Shown in pieces: positions 1-15,700 of a DNA stretch of 64,000 bases (positions within the stretch are counted from its first letter, which is position 1; every line of letters starts with the position of its first letter). Made by a program: the position numbers and the translations under genes. The notes beneath the pieces are model-generated. The model was not told the DNA's origin and ran no database searches. It was given only the letters and a program-made list of their open reading frames with translations. Source of the DNA: Bugula neritina (Eukaryota > Animalia > Bryozoa); the NCBI GenBank assembly GCA_964035545.1, contig CAXIUT010000230.1, forward strand, positions 124,001-188,000, given 5' to 3'.

Positions 1-65
1 AAATACACTGCAACATACTACAACATATTGAAAGACACTGCAACACATTGAAATATACTGTAACA

Positions 66-82
66 TACCTAAATATACGGTA
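66..82. other. Recurrent 17-bp spaced inverted repeat TACC-N9-GGTA, family 1 (TACCTAAATATACGGTA)
   Basis: Read directly at 66-82; recurs at about 1056, 1596, 2810, 3914, 5104, 6358, 7198 and onward through the window. Function unknown. Confidence 0.8.
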
Positions 83-715
83 ATATACCAAAATATACTG
101 TAACACATTTAAAAATACTGCAACATACTGAAATACACTGCAACACACTGAAATACACTGCAAAATACTGTAACACACTGAAATATACTGCAATACACTG
201 CAACATACTGCAACATACTAAAATATACTGCAACATACTGAAATACACTGCAAAATACTGAAATACACTTTAACATACTGAAATATACTGCAACATACTG
301 AAATACACTGCTACATACTGAAATATACTGCAACATACTGCAACATACTGCAACATACTAAAATACACTGTAACATATTGAAATACACTGCAACACATTG
401 AAATATACTGCAAAATACTGAAATACACTGCTACATACTGAAATATACTGCGACACACTGCAACATACTGCAACATACTAAAATATACTGCAACATACTG
501 AAATACACTGCAAAATACTGAAATACACTGTAACATACTGAAATATACTGCAACATACTGAAATACATTGCTACATACTGAAATATACTGCAACACACTG
601 CAACATACTGCAACATACTAAAATATACTGCAACATACTGAAATATACTGCAACATACTAAAATACACTGTAACATATTGAAATACACTGCAACACATTG
701 AAATATACTGCAATG

Positions 716-732
716 TACCGAAATATATGGTA
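716..732. other. Recurrent 17-bp spaced inverted repeat TACC-N9-GGTA, family 2 (TACCGAAATATATGGTA, with GGTG and TGCC variants)
   Basis: Read directly at 716-732; recurs at about 7828, 13776, 13996, 23426, 23666, 44143, 55255 and 62725, among others. Function unknown. Confidence 0.8.
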
Positions 733-2019
733 AACTACTGAAATATACTGTCACACATTGAAAAATACTGCAACATACTGAAATATACTGCGACACATTG
801 CAATATACTGTAACATACTGAAATATGCTGTAGCACACTGAAATACACTGCAACTCACTGAAATATACTGCAACATACTGAAATACACTTCAACACATTG
901 AAATATACTGCAACATACTGAAATACAGTGCTACATACTGAAATATACTGCAACATACTGCAACATAGTGAAATACACTGTAACATACTGAAATACGCTG
1001 CAACATACTACAACATATTGAAATACACTGCAACACATTGAAATATACTGTAATATACCTAAATATACGGTAATATACCAAAATATACTGTAACACATTT
1101 AAAAAAACTGCAACATACTGAAATACACTGCAACACACTGAAATACACTGCAAAATACTGTAACACACTGAAATATACTGCAATACACTGCTACATACTG
1201 CAACATACTAAAATATACTGCAATATACTGAAATACACTGCAAAATACTGAAATACACTTTAACATACTGAAATATACTGCAACATACTGAAATACACTG
1301 CTACATACTGAAATATACTGCAACACACTGCAACATACTGCAACATACTAAAATACACTGTAACATATTGAAATACATTGCAACACATTGAAATATACTG
1401 CAAAATACTGAAATACACTGCTACATACTGAAATATACTGCGACACACTGCAACATACTGCAACATACTAAAATATACTGCAACATACTGAAATACACTG
1501 CTAAATACTGAAATACACTGTAACATACTGAAATACACTGCAAAATACTACAACATATTGAAATACACTGCAATACATTGAAATATACTGCAACATACCT
1601 AAATATACGGTAATATGCTGAAATATACTGTAACACATTGAAAAATACTACAAAATACTGAAATACACTGCAACATACTACAACATACTGAAATACGCTG
1701 TAATACATTGAAATACACTGCAACACATTGAAATATACTGTAACGCGCTGAAACATACTGTAACTCACTGAAACATAGTGTAATATACGGAAATGTACTG
1801 TAAAGTACTGGAATATACTGTAACATACTGAAATATACTGCAACATACTGAAATACACTGTAACATACTGAATTATACTGCAACATCCTGCAACATACTG
1901 AAATACACTGTAACATACTGAAATACACTGCAACACACTGCAACATACTGCAACATACTAAAATATACTGCAACATACTGAAATACACTGCAAAATACTG
2001 AAATACACTGTAACACACT

Positions 2020-4250
2020 GAAATATACTGCAACATACTGCAACATACTAAAATATGCTGCAACATACTGAAATACACTGCAAAATACAGAAATACACCA
2101 TAACATACTGAAATATACTGCAACACACTGCAACATACCGCAACATGGTAAAATATACTGCAACATACTGAAATACACTGCAAAATACTGAAATACACTG
2201 TAACATTCTGAAATATACTGCAACATACTGAAATACACTGCTACATACTGAAATATACTGCAACACACTGCAACATACTGCAACATACTAAAATACACTG
2301 TAACATAATGAAATACACTGCAACACATTGAAATATACTGCATGCAAAATACTGAAATACACTGCTACATACTGAAATATACTGCAACACACTGCAACAT
2401 ACTGCAACATACTAAAATACACTGTAACATATTGAAATACACTGCAACACAGTGAAATATACTGCAATGTACCAAAATATATGGTGAACTGCTGAAATAT
2501 ACTGTCACACATTGAAAAATACTGCAACATACTGAAATATACTGCGACACATTGCAATATACTGTAACATACTGAAATATGCTGTAGCACACTGAAACAC
2601 ACTGCAACTCACTGAAATATACTGCAACATATTGAAATACACTGTAACATATTGAAATATACTGCAACATACTGAAATACAGTGCTACATACTGAAATAT
2701 ACTGCAACATACTGCAAAATACTGAAATACACTGTAACATACTGAAATACACTGCAACATACTACAACATATTGAAAGACACTGCAACACATTGAAATAT
2801 ACTGCAACATACCTAAATATACGGTAATATACAGAAATATACTGTAACACATTGAAAAACACTGCAACATACTGAAATACACTGCAACACACTGAAATAC
2901 ACCGCAAAATACTACAACATACTGAAATGCACTGTAACATATTGAAATACACTGCAACACATTGAAATATACTGCAATGTGCCGAAATATATGGTAAACT
3001 ACAGAAATATACTGACACACATCGCAATATACTGTAACATACTGAAATATGCTGTAGCACACTGAAATACACTGCAACTCACTGAAATATACTGCAACAT
3101 ACTGAAATACACTGTAACATATTGAAATATACTGCAACATACTGCAACATACTGAAATATGCTGCAACATACTGAAATACACTGCAAAATACAGGATTAC
3201 ACCATAACATACTGAAATATACTGCAACACACTGCAACATACCGCAACATGGTAAAATATACTGCAACATACTGAAATACACTGCAAAATACTGAAATAC
3301 ACTGTAACATTCTGAAATATACTGCAACATACTGAAATACACTGCTACATACTGAAATATACTGCAACACACTGCAACATACTGCAACATACTAAAATAC
3401 ACTGTAACATAATGAAATACACTGCAACACATTGAAATATACTGCATGCAAAATACTGAAATACACTGCTACATACTGAAATATACTGCAACACACTGCA
3501 ACATACTGCAACATACTAAAATACACTGTAACATATTGAAATACACTGCAACACAGTGAAATATACTGCAATGTACCAAAATATATGGTGAACTGCTGAA
3601 ATATACTGTCACACATTGTAAAATACTGCAACATACTGAAATATACTGCTACACATTGCAATATACTGTAACATACTGAAATATGCTGTAGCACACTGAA
3701 ACACACTGCAACTCACTGAAATATACTGCAACATATTGAAATACACTGTAACATATTGAAATATACTGCAACATACTGAAATACAGTGCTACATACTGAA
3801 ATATACTGCAACATACTGCAAAATACTGAAATACACTGTAACATACTGAAATACACTGCAACATACTACAACATATTGAAAGACACTGCAACACATTGAA
3901 ATATACTGCAACATACCTAAATATACGGTAATATACAGAAATATACTGTAACACATTGAAAAACACTGCAACATACTGAAATACACTGCAACACACTGAA
4001 ATACACCGCAAAATACTACAACATACTGAAATGCACTGTAACATATTGAAATACACTGCAACACATTGAAATATACTGCAATGTGCCGAAATATATGGTA
4101 AACTACAGAAATATACTGACACACATCGCAATATACTGTAACATACTGAAATATGCTGTAGCACACTGAAATACACTGCAACTCACTGAAATATACTGCA
4201 ACATACTGAAATACACTGTAACATATTGAAATATACTGCAACATACTGCA
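2020..4250 (+). repeat. Tandem duplication, 2 x 1104 bp
   Basis: GCATGC at 2340 and 3444; TATGCTG at about 2054 and 3158; ACCGCAACATGGTA in both copies; near-identical ORF translations at 2288..2602 and 3392..3706. Boundaries are approximate. Confidence 0.9.
2340..2345. other. Register-shifting 4-bp TGCA duplication creating GCATGC (SphI site); first of 18 copies
   Basis: ATACTGCA-TGCA-AAATACTG versus the normal ATACTGCAAAATACTG. Starts: 2340, 3444, 5848, 9412, 11916, 16420, 18924, 22687, 25391, 27755, 29099, 31533, 33097, 35571, 37135, 39609, 42293, 48437. Confidence 0.95.
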
Positions 4251-6370
4251 ACATACTGAAATACGTTGCAACACACTGAAATACACTGCAAAACACTGTA
4301 ACACACTGAAATATACTGCAATGTACCGAAATATATGGTGAACTACTGAAATATACTGTCACACATTGAAAAATACTGCAACATACTGAAATATACTGCG
4401 ACACATTGCAATATACTGTAACATACTGACATATGCTGTAGCACACTGAAATACACTGCAACTCACTGAAATATACTGCAACATACTGAAATACACTTCA
4501 ACACATTGAAATATACTGCAACATACTGAAATACAGTGCTACATACTGAAATATACTGCAACATACTGCAACATAGTGAAATACACTGTAACATACTGAA
4601 ATACACTGCAACATACTGCAACATACTGAAATACACTGCAACACACTGAAATACACTGCAAAATACTGTAACACACTGAAATATACTGCAATACACTGCA
4701 ACATACCGCAACATACTAAAATATACTGCAACATACTGAAATACACTGCAAAATACTGAAATACACTTTAACATACTGAAATATACTGCAACATACTGAA
4801 ATACACTGCTACATACTGAAATATACTGCAACACACTGCAACATACTGCAACATACTAAAATACACTGTAACATATTGAAATACACTGCAACACATTGAA
4901 ATATACTGCAAAATACTGAAATACACTGCTACATACTGAAATATACTGCGACACACTGCAACATACTGCAACATACTAAAATATACTGCAACATACTGAA
5001 ATACACTGCTAAATACTGAAATACACTGTAACATACTGAAACACACTGCAAAATACTACAACATATTGAAATACACTGCAATACATTGAAATATACTGCA
5101 ACATACCTAAATATACGGTAATATACTGAAATATACTGTAACACATTGAAAAATACTACAAAATACTGAAATACACTGCAACATACTACAACATACTGAA
5201 ATACGCTGTAATACATTGAAATACACTGCAACACCTTGAAATATACTGTAACTCGCTGAAACATACTGTAACTCACTGAAATATAGTGTAATATATGGAA
5301 ATGTACTGTAAAATACTGGAATATACTGTAACACACTGAAATATACTGCAACATACTGAAATACACTGTAACATACTGAATTATACTGCAACATCCTGCA
5401 ACATACTGAAATACACTGTAACATACTGAAATACACTGCAACACACTGCAACATACTGCAACATACTAAAATATACTGCAACATACTGAAATACACTGCA
5501 AAATACTGAAATACACTGTAACACACTGAAATATACTGCAACATACTGCAACATACTAAAATATGCTGCAACATACTGAAATACACTGCAAAATACTGAA
5601 ATACACTATAACATACTGAAATATACTGCAACACACTGCAACATACCGCAACATGCTAAAATATACTGCAACATACTGAAATACACTGCAAAATACTGAA
5701 ATACACTGTAACATACTGAAATATATTGCAACATACTGAAATACACTGCTACATACTGAAATATACTGCAACACACTGCAACATACTGCAACATACTAAA
5801 ATACACTGCAACATAATGAAATACACTGCAACACATTGAAATATACTGCATGCAAAATACTGAAATACACTGCTACATACTGAAATATACTGCAACACAC
5901 TGCAACATACTGCAACATACTAAAATATACTGCAACATACTGAAATACACTGCAAAATACTGAAATACACTGTAACATACTGAAATATACTGCAACACAC
6001 TGCAACATACTGCAACATACTAAAATACACTGTCACATATTGAAATACACTGCAACACAGTGAAATATACTGCAATGTACCGAAATATATGGTGAACTGC
6101 TGAAATATACTGTCACACATTGAAAAATCATGCAACATACTGAAATATACTGTAACATACTGAAATACGCTGTAGCACACTGAAATACACTGCAACTCAC
6201 TGAAATATACTGCAACATACTGAAATACACTGTAACATATTGAAAAATACTGCAGCATAGTGCAACATACTGAAATACACTGTAACATACTGAAATACAC
6301 TGCAAAATACTACAACATATTGAAATACACTGCAACACATTGAAATATACTGCAACATACCTAAATATAC

Positions 6371-6720
6371 GGTAAGATACTGAAATAAACTGTAACACAT
6401 TGAAAAATACTGCAACATACTGAAAGATACTGCAAGATACTGCAACATACTGAACTACACTGTAACATAATGAAACACACTGCAACATACTGTATTATAC
6501 TGACATGCACTGGAACATATTGAAATACACTGCAACAAATTGAAGTATACTGCAACACACTGAAACATACGGCAACATACTGAAATATACTGCAACAGAT
6601 TGATATATACAGCAACATACTGAAATATACTGCGAAACAATGCAATATACTGTAACATACTGAAATATGCTGTAGCACACTGAAATACACTGCAACTCAC
6701 TGAAATATCCCGCAACATAC
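6371..6720 (+). repeat. High-divergence marker module (about 350 bp); type I at about 6371, 12439, 19447, 32056, 36094, 40132, 42816, 48960; type II at about 46745, 51590, 53080, 60550
   Basis: Cluster of rare variants in monomer register: GAAAGATACTGCAAGATAC, GTATTATACTGACATGCACTGGAAC, ACAAATTGAAGTATAC, CATACGGC, CAGATTGATATATACAGC, CGAAACAATGC. Confidence 0.88.
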
Positions 6721-9700
6721 TGAAATACACTGTAACATATTGAAATATACTGCAACATACTGCAACATACTGAAATACACTGGAACATATTGAAATACAC
6801 TGCAACAAATTGAAGTATACTGCAACACACTGAAACACACTGAAATACACCGCAAAACACTACAACATACTGAAACATATTGCAACATACTGAAATACAC
6901 TACTACATACTGAAATATACTGCAACATACTGCACCACACTGAAATACACTGTAACATACTAGAATACACTGCAACATACTACAACATATTGAAATACAC
7001 TGCAACACATTGAAATATACTGCAACATACCTAAATATACGTTAATATACTGAAATATACTGTAACACATTGAAAAACACTGCAACATACTGAAATACAC
7101 TGCAACACACTAAAATACACCGCCAAATACTACAACATACTGAAATGCACTGTAACATATTGAAATACACTGCAACACATTGAAATATACTGTAACATAC
7201 CTAAATATACGGTAATATACCAAAATATAGTGTAACACATTTAAAAATACTGCAACATACTGAAATACACTGCAACACACTGAAATACACTGCAAAATAC
7301 TGTAACACACTGAAATATACTGCAATACACTGCAACATACTGCAACATACTAAAATATACTGCAACATACTGAAATACACTGCAAAATACTGAAATACAC
7401 TTTAACATACTGAAATATACTGCAACATACTGAAATACACTGCTACATACTGAAATATACTGCAACACACTGCAACATTGTGCAACATACTAAAATACAC
7501 TGTAACATATTGAAATACACTGCAACACATTGAAATATACTGCAAAATACTGAAATACACTGCTACATACTGAAATATACTGCGACACACTGCAACATAC
7601 TGCAACATACTAAAATATTCTGCAACATACTGAAATACACTGTAACATACTGAAATATACTGCAACATACTGAAATACATTGCTACATACTGAAATATAC
7701 TGCAACACACTGCAACATACTGCAACATACTAAAATATACTGCAACATACTGAAATACACTGCAACATACTAAAATACACTGTAACATATTGAAATACAC
7801 TGCAACACATTGAAATATACTGCAATCTACCGAAATATATGGTAAACTACTGAAATATACTGTCACACATTGAAAAATACTGCAACATACTGAAATATAC
7901 TGCGACACTTTGCAATATACTGTAACATACTGAAATATGCTGTAGCACACTGAAATACACTGCAACTCACTGAAATATACTGCAACATACTGAAATACAC
8001 TTCAACACATTGAAATATACTGCAACATACTGAAATACAGTGCTACATACTAAAATATACTGCAACATACTGCAACATAGTGAAATACACTGTAACATAC
8101 TGAAATACACTGCAACATACTACAACATACTGAAATACACTGCAACACATTGAAATATACTGTAACATACCTAAATATACGGTAATATACCAAAATATAC
8201 TGTAACACATTTAAAAAAACTGCAACATACTGAAATACACTGCAACACACTGAAATACACTGCAAAATACTGTAACACACTGAAATATACTGCAATATAC
8301 TGAAATACACTGCAAAATACTGAAATACACTTTAACATACTGAAATTTACTGCAACATACTGAAATACACTGCTACATACTGAAATATACTGCAACACAC
8401 TGCAACATACTGCAACATACTAAAATACACTGTAACATATTGAAATACATTGCAACACATTGAAATATACTGCAAAATACTGAAATACACTGCTACATAC
8501 TGAAATATACTGCGACACACTGCAACATACTGCAACATACTAAAATATACTGCAACATATTGAAATACACTGCTAAATACTGAAATACACCGTAACATAC
8601 TGAAATACACTGCAAAATACTACAACATATTGAAATACACTGCAATACATTGAAATATACTGCAACATACCTAAATATACGGTAATATACTGAAATATAC
8701 TGTAACACATTGAAAAATACTACAAAATACTGAAATACACTGCAACATACTACAACATACTGAAATACGCTGTAATACATTGAAATACACTGCAACACAT
8801 TGAAATATACTGTAACGCGCTGAAACATACTGTAACTCACTGAAATATAGTGTAATGTACGGAAATGTACTGTAAAATACTGGAATATACTGTAACATAC
8901 TGAAATATACTGCAACATACTGAAATACACTGTAACATACTGAATTATACTGCAACATCCTGCAACATACTGAAATACACTGTAACATACTGAAATACAC
9001 TGCAACACACTGCAACATACTGCAACATACTAAAATATACTGCAACATACTGAAATACACTGCAAAATACTGAAATACACTGTAACACACTGAAATATAC
9101 TGCAACATACTGCAACATACTAAAATATGCTGCAACATACTGAAATACACTGCAAAATACAGAAATACACTATAACATACTGAAATATACTGCAACACAC
9201 TGCAACATACCGCAACATGGTAAAATATACTGCAACATACTGAAATACACTGCAAAATACTGAAATACACTGTAACATTCTGAAATATACTGCAACATAC
9301 TGAAATACACTGCTACATACTGAAATATACTGCAACACACTGCAACATACTGCAACATACTAAAATACACTGTAACATAATAAAATACACTGCAACACAT
9401 TGAAATATACTGCATGCAAAATACTGAAATACACTGCTACATACTGAAATATACTGCAACACACTGCAACATACTGCAACATACTAAAATATACTGCAAC
9501 ATACTGAAATACACTGCAAAATACTGAAATACACTGTAACATACTGAAATATACTGCAACACACTGCAACATACTGCAACATACTAAAATACACTGTAAC
9601 ATATTGAAATACACTGCAACACAGTGAAATATACTGCAATGTACCGAAATATATGGTGAACTGCTGAAATATACTGTCACACATTGAAAAATACTGCAAC

Positions 9701-12700
9701 ATACTGAAATATACTGCGACACATTGCAATATACTGTAACATACTGAAATATGCTGTAGCACACTGAAACACACTGCAACTCACTGAAATATACTGCAAC
9801 ATACTGAAATACACTGTAACATATTGAAATATACTGCAACATACTGAAATACAGTGCTACAAACTGAAATATACTGCAACATACTGCAACATACTGAAAT
9901 ACACTGTAACATACTGAAATACACTGCAACATACTACAACATATTGAAAGACACTGCAACACATTGAAATATACTGCAACATACCTAAATATATGGTAAT
10001 ATACAGAAATATACTGTAACACATTGAAAAACACTGCAACATACTGAAATACACTGCAACACACTGAAATACACCGCAAAATACTACAACATACTGAAAT
10101 GCACTGTAACATATTGAAATACACTGCAACACATTGAAATATACTGCAATGTGCCGAAATATATGGTAAACTACAGAAATATACTGACACACATCGCAAT
10201 ATACTGTAACATACTGAAATATGCTGTAGCACACTGAAATACACTGCAACTCACTGAAATATACTGCAACATACTGAAATACACTGTAACATATTGAAAT
10301 ATACTGCAACATACTGCAACATACTGAAATACGTTGCAACACACTGAAATACACTGCAAAACACTGTAACACACTGAAATATACTGCAATGTACCGAAAT
10401 ATATGGTGAACTACTGAAATATACTGTCACACATTGAAAAATACTGCAACATACTGAAATATACTGCGACACATTGCAATATACTGTAACATACTGACAT
10501 ATGCTGTAGCACACTGAAATACACTGCAACTCACTGAAATATACTGCAACATACTGAAATACACTTCAACACATTGAAATATACTGCAACATACTGAAAT
10601 ACAGTGCTACATACTGAAATATACTGCAACATACTGCAACATAGTGAAATACACTGTAACATACTGAAATACACTGCAACATACTGCAACATACTGAAAT
10701 ACACTGCAACACACTGAAATACACTGCAAAATACTGTAACACACTGAAATATACTGCAATACACTGCAACATACCGCAACATACTAAAATATACTGCAAC
10801 ATACTGAATTACACTGCAAAATACTGAAATACACTTTAACATACTGAAATATATTGCAACATACTGAAATACACTGCTACATACTGAAATATACTGCAAC
10901 ACACTGCAACATACTGCAACATACTAAAATACACTGTAACATATTGAAATACACTGCAACACATTGAAATATACTGCAAAATACTGAAATACACTGCTAC
11001 ATACTGAAATATACTGCGACACACTGCAACATACTGCAACATACTAAAATATACTGCAACATACTGAAATACACTGCTAAATACTGAAATACACTGTAAC
11101 ATACTGAAACACACTGCAAAATACTACAACATATTGAAATACACTGCAATACATTGAAATATACTGCAACATACCTAAATATACGGTAATATACTGAAAT
11201 ATACTGTAACACATTGAAAAATACTACAAAATACTGAAATACACTGCAACATACTACAACATACTGAAATACGCTGTAATACATTGAAATACACTGCAAC
11301 ACCTTGAAATATTCTGTAACTCGCTGAAACATACTGTAACTCACTGAAATATAGTGTAATATATGGAAATGTACTGTAAAATACTGGAATATACTGTAAC
11401 ACACTGAAATATACTGCAACATACTGAAATACACTGTAACATACTGAATTATACTGCAACATCCTGCAACATACTGAAATACACTGTAACATACTGAAAT
11501 ACACTGCAACACACTGCAACATACTGCAACATACTAAAATATACTGCAACATACTGAAATACACTGCAAAATACTGAAATACGCTGTAACACACTGAAAT
11601 ATACTGCAACATACTGCAACATACTAAAATATGCTGCAACATACTGAAATACACTGCAAAATACTGAAATACACTATAACATACTGAAATATACTGCAAC
11701 ACACTGCAACATACCGCAACATGCTAAAATATACTGCAACATACTGAAATACACTGCAAAATACTGAAATACACTGTAACATACTGAAATATACTGCAAC
11801 ATACTGAAATACACTGCTACATACTGAAATATACTGCAACACACTGCAACATACTGCAACATACTAAAATACACTGCAACATAATGAAATACACTGCAAC
11901 ACATTGAAATATACTGCATGCAAAATACTGAAATACACTGCTACATACTGAAATATACTGCAACACACTGCAACATACTGCAACATACTAAAATATACTG
12001 CAACATACTGAAATACACTGCAAAATACTGAAATACACTGTAACATACTGAAATATACTGCAACACACTGCAACATACTGCAACATACTAAAATACACTG
12101 TAACATATTGAAATACACTGCAACACAGTGAAATATACTGCAATGTACCGAAATATATGGTGAACTGCTGAAATATACTGTCACACATTGAAAAATACTG
12201 CAACATACTGAAATATACTGTAACATACTGAAATACGCTGTAGCACACTGAAATACACTGCAACTCACTGAAATATACTGCAACATACTGAAATACAATG
12301 TAACATATTGAAAAATACTGCAGCATAGTGCAACATACTGAAATACACTGTAACATACTGAAATACACTGCAAAATACTACAACATATTGAAATACACTG
12401 CAACACATTGAAATATACTGCAACATACCTAAATATACGGTAAGATACTGAAATAAACTGTAACACATTGAAAAATACTGCAACATACTGAAAGATACTG
12501 CAAGATACTGCAACATACTGAACTACACTGTAACATAATGAAACACACTGCAACATACTGTATTATACTGACATGCACTGGAACATATTGAAATACACTG
12601 CAACAAATTGAAGTATACTGCAACACACTGAAACATACGGCAACATACTGAAATATACTGCAACAGATTGATATATACAGCAACATACTGAAATATACTG

Positions 12701-15700
12701 CGAAACAATGCAATATACTGTAACATACTGAAATATGCTGTAGCACACTGAAATACACTGCAACTCACTGAAATATCCCGCAACATACTGAAATACACTG
12801 TAACATATTGAAATATACTGCAACATACTGCAACATACTGAAATACACTGGAACATATTGAAATACACTGCAACAAATTGAAGTATACTGCAACACACTG
12901 AAACACACTGAAATACACCGCAAAACACTACAACATACTGAAACATATTGCAACATACTGAAATACACTACTACATACTGAAATATACTGCAACATACTG
13001 CACCATACTGAAATACACTGTAACATACTAGAATACACTGCAACATACTACAACATATTGAAATACACTGCAACACATTGAAATATACTGCAACATACCT
13101 AAATATACGTTAATATACTGAAATATACTGTAACACATTGAAAAACACTGCAACATACTGAAATACACTGCAACACACTAAAATACACCGCCAAATACTA
13201 CAACATACTGAAATGCACTGTAACATATCGAAATACACTGCAACACATTGAAATATACTGTAACATACCTAAATATACGGTAATATACCAAAATATACTG
13301 TAACACATTTAAAAATACTGCAACATACTGAAATACACTGCAACACACTGAAATACACTGCAAAATACTGTAACACACTGAAATATACTGCAATACACTG
13401 CAACATACTGCAACATACTAAAATATACTGCAACATACTGAAATACACTGCAAAATACTGAAATACACTTTAACATACTGAAATATACTGCAACATACTG
13501 AAATACACTGCTACATACTGAAATATACTGCAACACACTGCAACATTGTGCAACATACTAAAATACACTGTAACATATTGAAATACACTGCAACACATTG
13601 AAATATACTGCAAAATACTGAAATACACTGCTACATACTGAAATATACTGCGACACACTGCAACATACTGCAACATACTAAAATATTCTGCAACATACTG
13701 AAATACACTGTAACATACTGAAATATACTGCAACATACTGAAATACATTGCTACACATTGAAATATACTGCAATGTACCGAAATATATGGTAAACTACTG
13801 AAATATACTGTCACACATTGAAAAATACTGCAAAATACTGAAATACACTGCTACATACTGAAATATACTGCGACACACTGCAACATACTGCAACATACTA
13901 AAATATTCTGCAACATACTGAAATACACTGCAACATACTAAAATACACTGTAACATATTGAAATACACTGCAACACATTGAAATATACTGCAATGTACCG
14001 AAATATATGGTAAACTACTGAAATATACTGTCACACTTTGAAAAATACTGCAACATACTGAAATATACTGCGACACATTGCAATATACTGTAACATACTG
14101 AAATATGCTGTAGCACACTGAAATACACTGCAACTCACTGAAATATACTGCAACATACTGAAATACAGTGCTACATACTAAAATATACTGCAACATACTG
14201 CAACATAGTGAAATACACTGTAACATACTGAAATACACTGCAACATACTACAACATACTGAAATACACTGCAACACATTGAAATATACTGTAACATACCT
14301 AAATATACGGTAATATACCAAAATATACTGTAACACATTTAAAAAAACTGCAACATACTGAAATACACTGCAACACACTGAAATACACTGCAAAATACTG
14401 TAACACACTGAAATATACTGCAATATACTGAAATACACTGCAAAATACTGAAATACACTTTAACATACTGAAATTTACTGCAACATACTGAAATACACTG
14501 CTACATACTGAAATATACTGCAACACACTGCAACATACTGCAACATACTAAAATACACTGTAACATATTGAAATACATTGCAACACATTGAAATATACTG
14601 CAAAATACTGAAATACACTGCTACATACTGAAATATACTGCGACACACTGCAACATACTGCAACATACTAAAATATACTGCAACATATTGAAATACACTG
14701 CTAAATACTGAAATACACCGTAACATACTGAAATACACTGCAAAATACTACAACATATTGAAATACACTGCAATACATTGAAATATACTGCAACATACCT
14801 AAATATACGGTAATATACTGAAATATACTGTAACACATTGAAAAATACTACAAAATACTGAAATACACTGCAATATACTACAACATACTGAAATACGCTG
14901 TAATACATTGAAATACACTGCAACACATTGAAGTATACTGTAACGCGCTGAAACAAACCGTAACTCACTGAAATATAGTGTAATATACGGAAATGTACTG
15001 TAAAATACTGGAATATACTGTAACACACTGAAATATACTGCAACATACTGAAATACACTGTAACATACTGAATTATACTGCAACATCCTGCAACATACTG
15101 AAATACACTGTAACATACTGAAATACACTGCAACACACTGCAACATACTGCAACATACTAAAATATACTGCAACATACTGAAATACACTGCAAAATACTG
15201 AAATACACTGTAACACACTGAAATATACTGCAACATACTGAAATACACTGTAACATACTGAATTATACTGCAACATCCTGCAACATACTGAAATACACTT
15301 TAACATACTGAAATATACTGCAACACATTGAAATATACTGTAACATACCTAAATATACGGTAATATACCAAAATATACTGTAACACATTTAAAAAAACTG
15401 CAACATACTGAAATACACTGCAACACACTGAAATACACTGCAAAATACTGTAACACACTGAAATATACTGCAATATACTGAAATACACTGCAAAATACTG
15501 AAATACACTTTAACATACTGAAATTTACTGCAACATACTGAAATACACTGCTACATACTGAAATATACTGCAACACACTGCAACATACTGCAACATACTA
15601 AAATACACTGTAACATATTGAAATACATTGCAACACATTGAAATATACTGCAAAATACTGAAATACACTGCTACATACTGAAATATACTGCGACACACTG

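Noticed and set aside
66-82. CENP-B box
   Set aside because: Same length (17 bp) only. It lacks the TTCG....A..CGGG core.
2336-2349. TGCA-TGCA as a target-site duplication or transposon excision footprint
   Set aside because: No element or terminal repeats occur at any of the 18 sites, and simple slippage followed by amplification explains it. A footprint cannot be formally excluded but has no support.
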